A stretch of 64,000 nucleotides of DNA from Naegleria gruberi (Eukaryota). The stretch lies in NCBI GenBank assembly GCA_000004985.1, contig GG738855.1; one strand, 5' to 3'. The translations under genes and the position numbers were made by a program. Shown piece by piece: positions 1 through 11,109 of the stretch. Positions within the stretch are counted from its first letter, which is position 1, and every line of letters starts with the position of its first letter. Under the pieces are notes generated by a model that saw only the letters and a list, made by a program, of their open reading frames with translations, ran no database searches and was not told where the DNA came from.

Positions 1-145
1 CCCCAATGAGTACTAATTTCGAATCACCAATGGCTTTCAAGAGTGAATCGTAGCAAGTCAAAGAAGATTCAGATTTGGAAAGATCTTTTGTGAGTGGAAT
101 CCAATTTTCTCTAATGAGAGAAAGAAGGCCAGATTGTTTGTTCAT
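1..145 (-). CDS. 5' end of a hypothetical protein gene that runs off the window start (partial CDS)
   Basis: The reverse complement of 145..1 opens with ATG and reads MNKQSGLLSLIRENWIPLTKDLSKSESSLTCYDSLLKAIGDSKLVLIG with no stop before the window edge. I do not recognise a family. Confidence 0.3.
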   Translation of the reverse strand, partial: MNKQSGLLSLIRENWIPLTKDLSKSESSLTCYDSLLKAIGDSKLVLIG

Positions 146-367
146 TTTATTCTTGTTTTTGATTGTAAGTTTACAATAAAACAATGATGTGATTTTTTAG
201 TTATTCACTTCTTTGTACAATTCCCTAAACCATTTTAAATTATCAACAAGCTAATTCATATATCCAAAATCTTGAGATATACCATCTGATAATTAGGTTG
301 ATAAGTAACGTCCATTTACAATATTTTGGCGCCATTTTTCATCTACAAAAAAGCAAATTAATAAAAA

Positions 368-1783
368 ATGCAATCACTCATAACAGACCTGAGAGGTTTC
401 ATCAAGGAGAGAAAATCAACAGAGGTTCTTCCTGGTAAGTAAAACAACTGTTAGCTCTTATTGAGTATTTGAACAGATCCAACCGAAGTAGAATATGAAT
501 CAATGATTAATATTGAACATGAAATTAATGAGCAAGTTGTACAACAAGATAAATCATACAAAATAATTCCAAGGTTCTTCTTTCCGAAGGGAGGTCCAAG
601 TGACAAGGTCCAACAAGCCTTCTCTGAGGCCGTTAAGAGTCAATACCTCACCTTTTGTCAATCAAAACTTTTCACCTCTGAAGAATTGGATAAGGTGTGG
701 GAGTTTCTATTGGAAAAAGATAAAACTCAAGAGGAAGGAAATGAAAAAATTAACTATACAGGATTTAAGGAAGTGAGAAATCAATTTCCTGAATTCAAAG
801 CAAAAGAATATTTTAATCAGTCATTATTCTTAAGATTACCAAAAGATGATTTTGGAAGAATTAGTATACCAGTGTTATTTAATCATATATTGAGAAAAGC
901 AGCACTAGTTCAAAATAGGATTGCATTGATGAAACACGACTCAGACAATGATGGATTTTTAACTGAAAAAGATTTGGAACGATATGTAGATAATTCAATA
1001 GATTATCTCACTGGTTTGCATACAAACCCAATTTTAAAAACAGATAAGAATTTCAGAAAGGTCTATATAGAAACAAGTGTGAGAAAGTTTTTATTTTTCC
1101 ATGCAAACAATAATGGAAAGATTTGCATTGAAGACTTTGTTGGAAGTAAAGAAATGGTTGAGTTTAATGAGCTACAAAATGATGATCTCTCCCAAGAAGA
1201 AGAAATGAACAATTGGTTTTCTATACCCTCTGTTAAGAGTGTCAATGATGCTTTTGTACAATTAGATTTTACAAGAAGTGGACTATTGAGTAAGAATGAG
1301 TTTTCCAAGTTTAACGCAAACTCCTTAACTTCTACTTTCATTAATAGAATGTTCCAAGAGTATGGTCTCAAGAATGGAAAACTTGATTACAAATCTTTTG
1401 TAGACTTCCTTTTAGCGTTTGAAAATAAGAAGACGATTCCGTCAATCAAGTACTTTTTCAAGATTTTAGATAATTCCAAGACTGGAATGATTACACCATT
1501 CGTAATTAATTATTATTTTAGAGATATGTTAAAGAAAATTCGTCAAAATGCAAAATCATCAACTCCTCAAAACTCTCTTGGAGGGGATGAGTTTGAAGAT
1601 CCAGTCAAGACAGCAGATATTGTTTTTGAAATATATTCAATGGTGAAACCAAGTAACAAGAAAGACATATTCCTTGATGATCTCATTAAGAGCTTGGAAG
1701 TTGGCTCCACAGTAATTGGTGTTCTTATAGATGTTCATGAATTTTGGAAATATGAGCAGAGAGAAGAGCAAGGAGGAAGTTAA
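368..1783 (+). CDS. Serine/threonine protein phosphatase 2A regulatory subunit B'' (PR72/PPP2R3-like, EF-hand); join(368..434,477..1783)
   Basis: ORF 503..1783 (426 aa) has the IPRFFFPKGGP motif and EF-hand-like segments typical of PP2A B'' subunits. An upstream exon (ATG at 368, MQSLITDLRGFIKERKSTEVLP) ends at the GTAAGT donor at 435. The 42-nt intron ends with CAG at 476, and the exon continues in frame into the ORF. Total 1374 nt = 458 codons. Confidence 0.7.
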
Positions 1784-2024
1784 AATGCAACTTGAGACAA
1801 TATTCAAACTGAAAATTTGCTCAACAACAACAAACCTAAGAAAAATCTAGAGTGTAAATATTCGCTTTATAAATAGTGAAAATAAAAACCAAATTCTCTT
1901 CTGAAATTTTCTGTTGTAATCAATGGCATTTGATAGTTTGTTTCTTGTAATAAAATGTAATAAAATCAAATTTTGTGAATGCCTTCCATGTTTGGAACTA
2001 CGACATCAACAAAAAAATCGCTTC

Positions 2025-4594
2025 ATGTCCTCTCAACAAACCTCTTCACATGGAGATGCAACAACAACCGATGATCCTAACGTTTGGCCCATAGCCTGTG
2101 TCTCTTGTAATCGTATCCACAAAAAGGTTAGTTATTTGATTATATGATTTTTAACAACAGTCATAAAAGTGTGGTATGTAGTCAACACAACAAGTAATTA
2201 ATTAATTAAAATTTAGATAAAAAGCTCCCAAGTTGTTCCCGATGTGCACAAAAAGGGATAGTTTGTGAATACAAGGAGCCAGTCTTTAAGAGAAAGACAC
2301 AAATAGTTTCATCATCTGCCGATCCCTTCCTAAGTTTAAATTATCAACAACAACAACAAACTAATAGACCTATCATTTCAATATTCAACTCTCAACAAGA
2401 ATTGGACGAGAGTGCTACACAAATCATTCATTCAATCAAACACAATACAATAGAAGCATACTGTTTAATTGTTTGCAATGGCTCTCCACCTTTCAGACCG
2501 GAGGATTTGTCGAAACTCTTAACTAATGGACAGGAAATTTTAAAAAGAAAGGATATTCTGGCACTAATGATTTCAATTCAAGGTTGTGTGGAATTGATTT
2601 TTGGTATGTACAAATCCTTGAAAATAGTTTTGTAATTTACAAAAATCAATATTAAAGGATTTTCGGATTTGGCAGAAGAATCTTTCAACAAGGCAAGAAA
2701 TTTAATCATGCATTATTTTGATGATTTTGAAAATCCACTTGCTGCCTGTACATATACACATATTGCTCTTTTTAATGCAACTATTGGTAAAACATGCAAA
2801 GCAAGAGGATATCTTCATTTATGTGAACAATATTTAGTGAACTGGAAACAAAGAAATCCAAATGCTGTCATGACAACTGATCAACCATTTGTTGAAAATG
2901 CAGGAGGATATGGGATTACAATGAATATTCCAAATCTGAGAGTTCAGAACATGGTTGTTGAATTAATTTCTTGTGAAACTCATCCCGTTCCAGACATTAA
3001 AACTTTGGAGAGAATATCTATGGATATCCTTGGCTGTAGTCTGCCCGATCAGTTGAAAGATTTTTTCAAAACTCACCAATTTACAACCAGTAACCTAAAC
3101 CCATCTAATATTGACGAAACTTTACGAGCATTTGAAGTATTTGTAGGGTTGCTCCATTACTCAGTTAGACCAACATTTAGATCAGAGTTTTCAGTCAAGA
3201 TCCACCACATGAATTTTCTGGTTTTGGTGAATGGGTTACGAATTTTATATCTTTTAATTTCTGGTTGTGATATTTCCACAGCATATAATACAATGAATGC
3301 GGAAAATATTGAACAAGTACAATTATTGGAATATGCTGCTCTCACTATTAGCAAACTGACAGAGGATGAATTATTTGTATTCATTTGTCCATATCTTATT
3401 TCATTCTTATTGGTTGCTGTGAGAACAAACTTGGAAATATGTAAGTTATGAATTAATAGTTTATAATATTCATTTAAAATAGGTAAAATGATTGAGAGAG
3501 GTGAAAGAGAAAATTTAAAACCTATACCACCTAAAAAGGAGAGAATCAGTCTACCAAATGTGATAAAACACTACGAAGAAAATGAGCTCGTTGATTACTA
3601 CTCTGTTGTGGAAAAGGATCTGAGAGCTCTACAAGTAATGAGTAAGAGATATAGATACATTGCTCCATACACAAAGGAACTTGAGGAATTTTTGGGAAGT
3701 CTATCTGAAAGACAAAACAAAATCAATCAACAGCAACAATTTTGGTCAATTATGGGACAACAACCATTTATTGAAGAACCATCCTACATGATTAATGGAA
3801 ATGGTGAAATTATTTATATTCCAAATCAACAGCTTCAGAGGCAAGGTACTGAAACAAACAAAATGAATCGGGTGGGCTCATTTTACAATGCAATGAAAGA
3901 CTTTTTGCTGAAATTCAATAATAGAATAGAAGATGCTTTTGAAAATAAGAGTAGTCAATCACCAACTCTTTCAATGACCAGCTCAAACTCCTCCTCATCT
4001 GGGTCATCACAAGGCAATTTTAAGCACTATCTGGAGACTAAACTTAACGAAATTAATGTGCAATCTCTTTCAGACTTGGAGCTATTACTCTCTCACATAT
4101 CAGCCCAACATCAACAGCCAATTCTCTCCAATAACACACCAAACATGGCACCACCAACCTCTTCAAACAACAACATTAATAGTAACATCAATAGCAACAA
4201 TACTATGACAAATAACCTCCATACCAATATTCAACCTCAAAATATTCCATCCATGACCAATAATTCCAATACCCTTCCAATCCAAACCACACCTCATAAT
4301 CCTGTTCTCAATTCTATGCAATACCCAAATAATATGATTTTTGCCAATAATCAAATGGTGCATCAACCAAATAATTATCATCACAACATGCCAAACAATT
4401 CTCTTTCAAACCATTCCACCATTCCTCATCAGCAACAACAACATTTCCAAATGAATCCTTCCCATCATCAACCTCAATTACAATACTTTGACCCACTCAT
4501 GGTTCACCAAGATGGATTTGATGTTTTGGAACTTTATTTGAGACAGCAACAAGATGAAGCTACAATACAACAACAATCCAATCTGAGATTTTAA
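2025..4594 (+). CDS. Fungal-type Zn-cluster (Zn2Cys6-like) transcription factor with Q/N-rich C-terminal tail; join(2025..2126,2225..2603,2658..3440,3483..4594)
   Basis: Exon 1 ends ...IACVSCNRIHKK at a GTTAGT donor. After a 98-nt intron, exon 2 reads LPSCSRCAQKGIVCEYKEP, giving a Cys cluster C-x2-C-x9-C-x2-C-x6-C with the basic linker typical of Gal4-type DNA-binding domains. The middle region (MAEESFNKARNLIMHYFDDFENPLAAC...) resembles the fungal-specific TF middle homology domain. The C-terminal exon (3483..4594) is Q/N/S/T-rich. Introns of 98, 54 and 42 nt all have GT..AG boundaries. Total 2376 nt = 792 codons. Confidence 0.5.
4130..4460 (+). repeat. Coding low-complexity poly-N/Q/S/T tract (SSNNNINSNINSNNTMTNN ... 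HQQQQH) in the transcription factor tail
   Basis: Runs of AAC/AAT/CAA codons are visible directly in the sequence. Confidence 0.6.
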
Positions 4595-4763
4595 ATTCAA
4601 ACACCAATTCCTCCTCATCACCACCACATCAGTACCCTACATTGCCAATCAGCAAGGTTAAATACGCATATGTGAAACCTTCAACAATAATAAATTTATT
4701 GTAAACTTGATGCTATTTCAAAGCTTTATTCGGGCTTGATGCAGATTAATAAAATAGAAAAAA

Positions 4764-5729
4764 ATGCTCTCACACACCAATAAGAAAACTCTCATCTCCG
4801 TCTCTCAACATGTCGTCAGAAACATGTCCAGTAGTACCACTACTCATACACTCCCAACCAAATTTTCCGTGATTGGTGCTGGTCAAATGGGTACTGGTAT
4901 TGCTGTTGTTGCAGCCATGAATGCCAAGGTTCCATCTGTAAATATTCACGATGTCTTTCCATCAAGTATTGAAAAATCAAAGAAATTTATTGAATCACTC
5001 TTGGATAAATATGTTCAAAAGGGAACATTGACTCAACAAGAAAAGGAAATTATTCTTGGAGAACGTTTGTCATTCTCATCAGGAACTGATCTTTCTCCTA
5101 TGGCTGATAGTCAATTTGTTGTTGAAGCTGCCACTGAAAATACTGACTTGAAATTGGGTTTGTTCAAGGATCTTTCCGAACTTGTTCACTCCAAGCCATC
5201 ATCATCTCCAACAATTCTTGCTACTAATACTTCATCTATTTCTATCACAAAGATTGCTGCTGTTGCTAAGGATCCAACAACTATTATTGGTATGCACTTT
5301 ATGAATCCTGTTCCAGTTATGAAACTTGTTGAATTGATTAGAGGTTTGCAAACATCAGATGCTACCTATGAACGTACTGTTCAATTGGCAGAAGCAATGC
5401 AAAAGACTTGCACTCTTTCTATCAAGGATTCTCCTGGCTTTATTGCTAATCGTATTTTGATGCCTTATATTAATGAAGCTGTCAATGTTTTGCATGAAGG
5501 AATTGCCACTAAGGAAGATATTGATAAGACTATGAAATTGGGTACTAATGTTCCAATGGGTCCATTGACTTTGGCTGATTTTATTGGATTGGATACTTGT
5601 TTGGCTATCATGAGAGTTTTGTACACTGAATTTGCTGATTCTAAATACAGACCTTCTCCATTGTTGGTCAAGATGGTTGAAGCTGGTTGGTTAGGTAAGA
5701 AGACTGGTAGAGGTTTCTACACTTATTAA
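4764..5729 (+). CDS. HADH: 3-hydroxyacyl-CoA dehydrogenase (HADH/HCDH family), probably mitochondrial
   Basis: The 321-aa single ORF has the NAD-binding motif VIGAGQMGTGIAVVAA, a 3HCDH C-terminal domain (GFIANRILMPYINEA, GPLTLADFIGLDTC) and an S/T-rich N-terminal presequence. Confidence 0.85.
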   Translation: MLSHTNKKTLISVSQHVVRNMSSSTTTHTLPTKFSVIGAGQMGTGIAVVAAMNAKVPSVNIHDVFPSSIEKSKKFIESLLDKYVQKGTLTQQEKEIILGERLSFSSGTDLSPMADSQFVVEAATENTDLKLGLFKDLSELVHSKPSSSPTILATNTSSISITKIAAVAKDPTTIIGMHFMNPVPVMKLVELIRGLQTSDATYERTVQLAEAMQKTCTLSIKDSPGFIANRILMPYINEAVNVLHEGIATKEDIDKTMKLGTNVPMGPLTLADFIGLDTCLAIMRVLYTEFADSKYRPSPLLVKMVEAGWLGKKTGRGFYTY

Positions 5730-5921
5730 TGGGTTATTTTCAGTAATTAAATTTTGTTTGAGTTTATTCTAAACTGTTGCTTGTAGTTTCTTCTTCTGGT
5801 TGTCATGTTGAACAATCTTCTCTGAATTATCAATATTTCAAACTATTCCATCTACAATGAATTTATCATCATTAAAATAGGCTGGTAAATATTCTCATTA
5901 TTATTTACCACTCCATACTAT

Positions 5922-6737
5922 TTATCCATCATTATGATATAAATCCATTTCAAACTCGTTGCCAATATCTGTAATTTTTGATTCTTTTGAAAGTGACTCA
6001 TTTAAGTCATCTTCATCAGATTCAGATGAAGAATCTATTGATGTTGAAACTGATAATTTCCTCTTCTTTGGATTAAATGAAAAGATATCACAATCCTTCA
6101 ATGGTTCAATAATAGCCTTTCTATTTGACAATATCAATGATTGATATTTAACATGATATTCATCATCCTCTCCTTCCTCCAATAAAGCATCATGCTCATG
6201 AATAGTATTGTCATCTCGCAAAAGAGTAAAATCCCACTTTAATTTGTTTTCAATATTATTAACATTCCAATCTGTTGGTCTTATAGGAAGTAGATAGGGA
6301 TCAACTAATTTTGGTTGTTTGGGAATGTCAATCCTAGAAATATTTCTCATTTGAGGTTTTAAATATTGTGATGAAATCAAATTCAATTCATCCAATAAAT
6401 CACTATAAAATTCATCCAATACCGAATAATATTGTAACAGAAATTTATACTCATCGTGTGATTGTTTTTTCAATAATCTAAAATACTGAAATATTTCCTT
6501 CATTCTTTCTTTAATGACAATTATAAAATGTCTCGTTTCAATCGAATTATTTCGATGAGCCATAAATATTTTGTAAATTTCCTTATTTCTCTTTGAAAGC
6601 CAAGGTTTTTGAATACATAAATCAATGGCAAATTGTTCTCCAATCCCACATTTGACTATCAAACATACCCGTCCACGACACAATCGACAAAGTGGGCAAA
6701 TATGTGTTAGATGCAATCTTTCCAATCCATAACTCAT
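5922..6737 (-). CDS. Hypothetical protein with N-terminal Cys-rich (putative Zn-binding) segment and acidic Ser-rich C-terminus
   Basis: 271-aa ORF. The N-terminus ICPLCRLCRGRVCLIVKCGIGEQFAIDLC carries 7 Cys in 30 residues, and the C-terminus is SSSESDEDD-rich. I do not recognise a family. Start and exon structure are uncertain. Confidence 0.4.
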   Translation of the reverse strand: MSYGLERLHLTHICPLCRLCRGRVCLIVKCGIGEQFAIDLCIQKPWLSKRNKEIYKIFMAHRNNSIETRHFIIVIKERMKEIFQYFRLLKKQSHDEYKFLLQYYSVLDEFYSDLLDELNLISSQYLKPQMRNISRIDIPKQPKLVDPYLLPIRPTDWNVNNIENKLKWDFTLLRDDNTIHEHDALLEEGEDDEYHVKYQSLILSNRKAIIEPLKDCDIFSFNPKKRKLSVSTSIDSSSESDEDDLNESLSKESKITDIGNEFEMDLYHNDG

Positions 6738-6944
6738 TTTTTTTTAAATATAATATTTTACAATCATAAATAGTGTGCTATCTTGAGTAAATAGTATTAA
6801 TATAATGTTTCTCTTCATTAAAACCTGAACACAAAGATGTTTGTATTCTCAATCCGATGATCATCTAGGCACAATTTACCAACTAGGTTGAACAATAAAA
6901 ATAAATTTTAAAAAAAACAATCAAAAAAATTCTCTCCATCAAAA

Positions 6945-9900
6945 ATGAGTGATAACACAAGCACAGCCGTCATTGATATTCCCACTGCGGACGGCTATGA
7001 TGTTGCTGTCGATTTGATGAATGATGAGTACGATGATATTAAAAATTTACTTGTTGATGAAAAGGTGCCTTTGGAATATTATTTAAAAACAGCTATATTG
7101 TATCACAACATTGACAAGACGGATCATTTTAACAAGCTTTTAAATCTTGTTATTGAAGATTCTGAAGTAGAAGATAAATATTATCAGGATAATCCAAAGC
7201 CTTTGCTTGATGCTAGAACAGATGCCCTAAATATTCTTGTTGGTCATCTGATCGAACAATACAACAAGGTTAGAATTCATCAATTTGATAATGAAAGACA
7301 AGCTATGGAGGATATTTGTGATAACAAAAGGGAAGAACTCTTGAATGACATTAACAAATTGTTAGGTAAAGCCGAACAATTTAATCCTTCCAAATTGTCA
7401 AATTTCTATTCTCGTGGTGTCCTTCACCTTAATCTAGGAGCTTTGGACAAGGCAGAAAGTTCATTTGACTATATTATCACTGTAGATAAGGATAACATAT
7501 TATCAAAACTAGGAATGGCTTGCATCAAATATCACAAAAAACAATATAAGGAGGCTTTGAGTGAATTTGAACAGTGTTTATTGATGAACCCTCAAGGACC
7601 TGCAGATATTAGACTTGGTATGGGTCTTTGTCACTATCAATTGGATAATTTTGAAAGAGCAAAACAATGTTTTGAACGTGTTTTGCAGCTAGATCCTAAC
7701 AATGTGTCAGCACTCATTTACTTGGCAATTATTGACTTGAATTCTAGGGATGAGGAACTCTTACAAAATGCTGTCAAAAATTATTTGAAGAGAGCCTACT
7801 CATTAGATCCTGGTAATTCTCAAGTTTTGAATCTGTTAGGTAATCACTTTTTCTTTAGAAGAGAAGTTGACAAGACAGAAGAGCTTGTATTTGCAGCTTT
7901 CCATAATACTAAATCTCCTAAAATCAAAGCCGAAAGTTGTTATAATATGGCTAGAGCATATCATCATAAGAAGGATTATGACTCTGCATTCAAGTATTAT
8001 TATCGTATTGTCTCAAGGTTATGGCCAGAATATACTTTGGCAAGATATGGTTTGGGTCAATTGTACATTCAAAGAAACGAAATCGATAAGGCTGTCGAAG
8101 AATTCGAGCAAATTTTAAAGGTTGATCCTGAAAATTTGGAAACAAATTTAGCATTAGGAAATTTATATGCTAGAAAGAGAGATTCCAAGAAGAGTCTTGC
8201 ATACTTGAAGAAGGTCTTGAAGAAGGATCCAGAAAATATTAATGCATTGCTCCGAATTGGAGAACATGAAAGACATCAAATTCAACTTGCTTTGGATAGT
8301 TTGAAAGAAGCTCTTACCATCATTGAAGAGGGAGAAACAGAGCTTGTAGTAACACATGAATTATACAATAATATTGCTGTACATTATTACAAATTGGGAA
8401 AGAACACTGAATCTGAGGAGTATTTTAAGAAAGCTCTCTCGTTAGCTGAATGTAATGTTATGGACAATCTTGACGACTTGCATCAAGCCATTGAAGTTAA
8501 ACATTTATCATTGGTCTATAACTTTGCTCGTTTCAAAGAAGTATCCAAATCATTGGACGATGCCCAAAAGTTATACTTGAAGATTGTAGCTCAACATCCA
8601 AGTTATATCAATGCATATCTCAGACTGGGAAAGATTCAACAAAAGAATGGTAATCATGAAAAGGCTATTCATTTCTGCAAGTTGGCAACCTCTCTGGAAC
8701 CAAATAATGCTGCTACTTGGGCATTCCTAGGTCAAACTTATCTTGAGCAAAATAACTATACAGAAGCTCAAAAGGCATTTGAATATATCACTCAAAATAT
8801 TGACAAGAATGACATTTACGCATTATTGGGAATGGGTAATGTCTATTTCAAATCTCTCAGAACTGCAAAGCCGAATCCAGACGAAAAGGAACAAGAAAGA
8901 ATTGAAAAGCATTTGGATTATGCTCTTTTATTCTTTGAAAAGACTCTTAAACTTGACAATAGTAACATGTATGCAGCACTCAACAGTGGTTGTGTTTTGT
9001 GTGAAAATGGTTACACAGAAGAAGGTAAAGCTTTAATCTCGAGAGTAAGAGAAATTTGCGTTGGAGATGACATGAAGGATACTCCTGAGACATACATCAA
9101 CTTGGGACATTTGGCCATGATTCAAAAACAATTTTCTCAGGCTGAAAAGCTCTATTCTACTTGTTCTAAACGTTTCTTCAATGATGAAAATCCTATGGTG
9201 TTGGCCTATTTGGCCAAATCCTTGTTTGATAACAACAAACACGAAGAGTCACTCAATATCCTCAAGAAAATTCAAGAACAAGATGCTACCAATCTTACAA
9301 TCAAGTATAACATTGCCTTGGCCTTCTATGAAAAACTAGTTGCAACCTTGAATGATTCCAACAAGGATTTGACAAAGGTACAAATTTTAGAAGATCAAAA
9401 CCAAACTATAATTAATTTATTCTCTGAAATTGCAGAAAATACCAACTCAAAGAAGAATAGTTGTGAATTCTCTCTCGATGAAAAAATTGTTGTTCACAAG
9501 GCTAAGGACTTTATAACTGTGCTCGAAACAAAGATTAAAGAAAAGATTGAGAAATATAGAGAAAAGGCAGAAAAGGAAGAATTGGCCAGACATGAACTCA
9601 AGAAGAAACAAGAAGATGCCTTCAAGATTATTGAAGAACAAACCAAGAAACAACTGGAAGATCAAGAAGAATTGAGAAGAGTTAAGGAAGAAAAACTCAG
9701 AGAAACATTCGGTAGACTCGAATCTATCAAGGCCAATCTGAAAACAACTGCTTTCGAAGAGGATGAAGATGAAGAAAAGAAAACTAAGAAGAGAAAGAAG
9801 ACTCAAGACTACGATGACGATTTACAAGCAGAAAACAATGAAAATACAGAGCAACAAGAAGCTCCAGCCAAGAAGAAGAGAAAACCAAAAGAACCTAAGA

Positions 9901-10139
9901 AGAATAAGGAAAAGAAAGACAAGAAGGAAACCAAGAAAAATTCACGTCTCAAAAAGAATGCAAAGGCAACTGAAGAAGAGGAAAGAGATGAATTCGATGT
10001 TGATGACGTTCCACAATCATCATCTGCCAGAGTTATCAATGACGAAAATGAAAATGATAATGAAGAAGATGAATACAATGAGGAAGGCCCATCTCGTGCC
10101 ACTGATGAAGGTGAAGAAGAATTTGCATTCGATGAGTAA
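6945..10139 (+). CDS. CTR9: RNA polymerase II-associated protein CTR9 (Paf1 complex TPR subunit)
   Basis: 1064-aa single ORF with colinear matches to CTR9: RLGMGLCHYQLDNFERAKQCFERVLQLDPNN, LNLLGNHFFFRREVDKTEELVFAAFHNT..AESCYNMARAYHHKKDYDSAFKYYY, multiple TPRs, and the charged K/E/D-rich C-terminal tail typical of CTR9. Confidence 0.9.
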   Translation: MSDNTSTAVIDIPTADGYDVAVDLMNDEYDDIKNLLVDEKVPLEYYLKTAILYHNIDKTDHFNKLLNLVIEDSEVEDKYYQDNPKPLLDARTDALNILVGHLIEQYNKVRIHQFDNERQAMEDICDNKREELLNDINKLLGKAEQFNPSKLSNFYSRGVLHLNLGALDKAESSFDYIITVDKDNILSKLGMACIKYHKKQYKEALSEFEQCLLMNPQGPADIRLGMGLCHYQLDNFERAKQCFERVLQLDPNNVSALIYLAIIDLNSRDEELLQNAVKNYLKRAYSLDPGNSQVLNLLGNHFFFRREVDKTEELVFAAFHNTKSPKIKAESCYNMARAYHHKKDYDSAFKYYYRIVSRLWPEYTLARYGLGQLYIQRNEIDKAVEEFEQILKVDPENLETNLALGNLYARKRDSKKSLAYLKKVLKKDPENINALLRIGEHERHQIQLALDSLKEALTIIEEGETELVVTHELYNNIAVHYYKLGKNTESEEYFKKALSLAECNVMDNLDDLHQAIEVKHLSLVYNFARFKEVSKSLDDAQKLYLKIVAQHPSYINAYLRLGKIQQKNGNHEKAIHFCKLATSLEPNNAATWAFLGQTYLEQNNYTEAQKAFEYITQNIDKNDIYALLGMGNVYFKSLRTAKPNPDEKEQERIEKHLDYALLFFEKTLKLDNSNMYAALNSGCVLCENGYTEEGKALISRVREICVGDDMKDTPETYINLGHLAMIQKQFSQAEKLYSTCSKRFFNDENPMVLAYLAKSLFDNNKHEESLNILKKIQEQDATNLTIKYNIALAFYEKLVATLNDSNKDLTKVQILEDQNQTIINLFSEIAENTNSKKNSCEFSLDEKIVVHKAKDFITVLETKIKEKIEKYREKAEKEELARHELKKKQEDAFKIIEEQTKKQLEDQEELRRVKEEKLRETFGRLESIKANLKTTAFEEDEDEEKKTKKRKKTQDYDDDLQAENNENTEQQEAPAKKKRKPKEPKKNKEKKDKKETKKNSRLKKNAKATEEEERDEFDVDDVPQSSSARVINDENENDNEEDEYNEEGPSRATDEGEEEFAFDE

Positions 10140-10146
10140 ATCTTTA

Positions 10147-10998
10147 TTAATTTTCTTTTTTTGGTTTCTTGATTCTGCCAGCCCTTTCCAAAGAACCATC
10201 CATTAAATAGAAAGCTGGAAGAAATGCATCATCTGGTTGTCTCAAAGCTTCATTTCTCAGAGTATCATTAACACTACCAAGTGAAGTGTAACCCAAATCG
10301 TACAATGAACAATATGGTATCGATAGGTCAAGAATAAAATTCCACACATCCTGATAATCCCAGTCCAATATTGGTGATACTCTCATCATCTCAGGCCAAC
10401 CAGCAGATGTCTTTTCAAAAACACCAATAAATTGTCCATCGGGATCTATTTTTCTTGTACCCATAAAAACAGCATCAAGTTTAGTGGGTGATGTTTCGAT
10501 TAAAACTTCTAATCCTCTCTTGAATCCCAGAGTGGCATCTATTAACTTCAAGTCCACTTCGTACTGTTTGCTTGATTCTTCCAAGAATGTGTCCATCTCG
10601 GGAAATTGGTGTGGTATTGTAAAGTGGAAGAAGAGACAATGTTTGTTTAGAGTCTGAATTAAATGTGTGCTATTGGCAGCTGTTGATTGTCTCGAAATTA
10701 ATGCAATCAATACTAAATTTACAATAACAATAGAATCCTTTCCTCCATTAAATCCTAAAGCAATTGGTGTTGTATATTCATCCAAAGTTTTCAAAATGAC
10801 TTCTACAGATAGTTTAACTTTTTCCAACAATTCTGGATGTTTCTCTGAAAGTGTTGTTGTGTAATAGGTAATAGGATCTTCTCTTTCAAACCAAATCTTT
10901 GGTTTTTCTCCTTCCGAAGATGATGATGACATTCCTATCATATTAATGTACAAGTATTTTAATTCAATTTTTTTTGGTTTTTTTATTAAAATCTCCAT
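10147..10998 (-). CDS. FAD1: FAD synthase (FMN adenylyltransferase, PAPS-reductase-like fold; FAD1/FLAD1 family)
   Basis: The GFNGGKDSIVIV nucleotide-binding motif and the C-terminus ...LMDGSLERAGRIKKPKK match the yeast FAD1 C-terminus. The true start is probably an internal Met (MIGMSSSS, about 10941). The stop is only 7 bp from the CTR9 stop on the opposite strand. Confidence 0.8.
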   Translation of the reverse strand: MEILIKKPKKIELKYLYINMIGMSSSSSEGEKPKIWFEREDPITYYTTTLSEKHPELLEKVKLSVEVILKTLDEYTTPIALGFNGGKDSIVIVNLVLIALISRQSTAANSTHLIQTLNKHCLFFHFTIPHQFPEMDTFLEESSKQYEVDLKLIDATLGFKRGLEVLIETSPTKLDAVFMGTRKIDPDGQFIGVFEKTSAGWPEMMRVSPILDWDYQDVWNFILDLSIPYCSLYDLGYTSLGSVNDTLRNEALRQPDDAFLPAFYLMDGSLERAGRIKKPKKEN

Positions 10999-11109
10999 CC
11001 GAACGTACCACCTCCGCGCAGGTAGTGCTAGCTCTATTCAATTGTTCAACATTACTGTTTAGCTGATATACAGCTTAATAAGTGGCATTCAAAGTTTAGG
11101 AGAATTTGT

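Noticed and set aside
1063-1371. Numerous 60-160 aa ORFs antisense to or overlapping the large genes (for example 1063..1371, 3157..3384, 8163..8357, 21898..22383, 34468..34734, 54112..54336)
   Set aside because: They have low-complexity or stop-rich contexts, no recognisable motifs, and lie fully inside well-supported CDSs. I treat them as chance ORFs in AT-rich DNA.
2127-2224. Hidden micro-exon inside the first intron of the Zn-cluster gene that would supply the missing third cysteine
   Set aside because: I could not find an AG...GT-bounded segment in the intron that keeps the frame and encodes C-x3. The first in-frame candidate (tcataa...) contains a stop.
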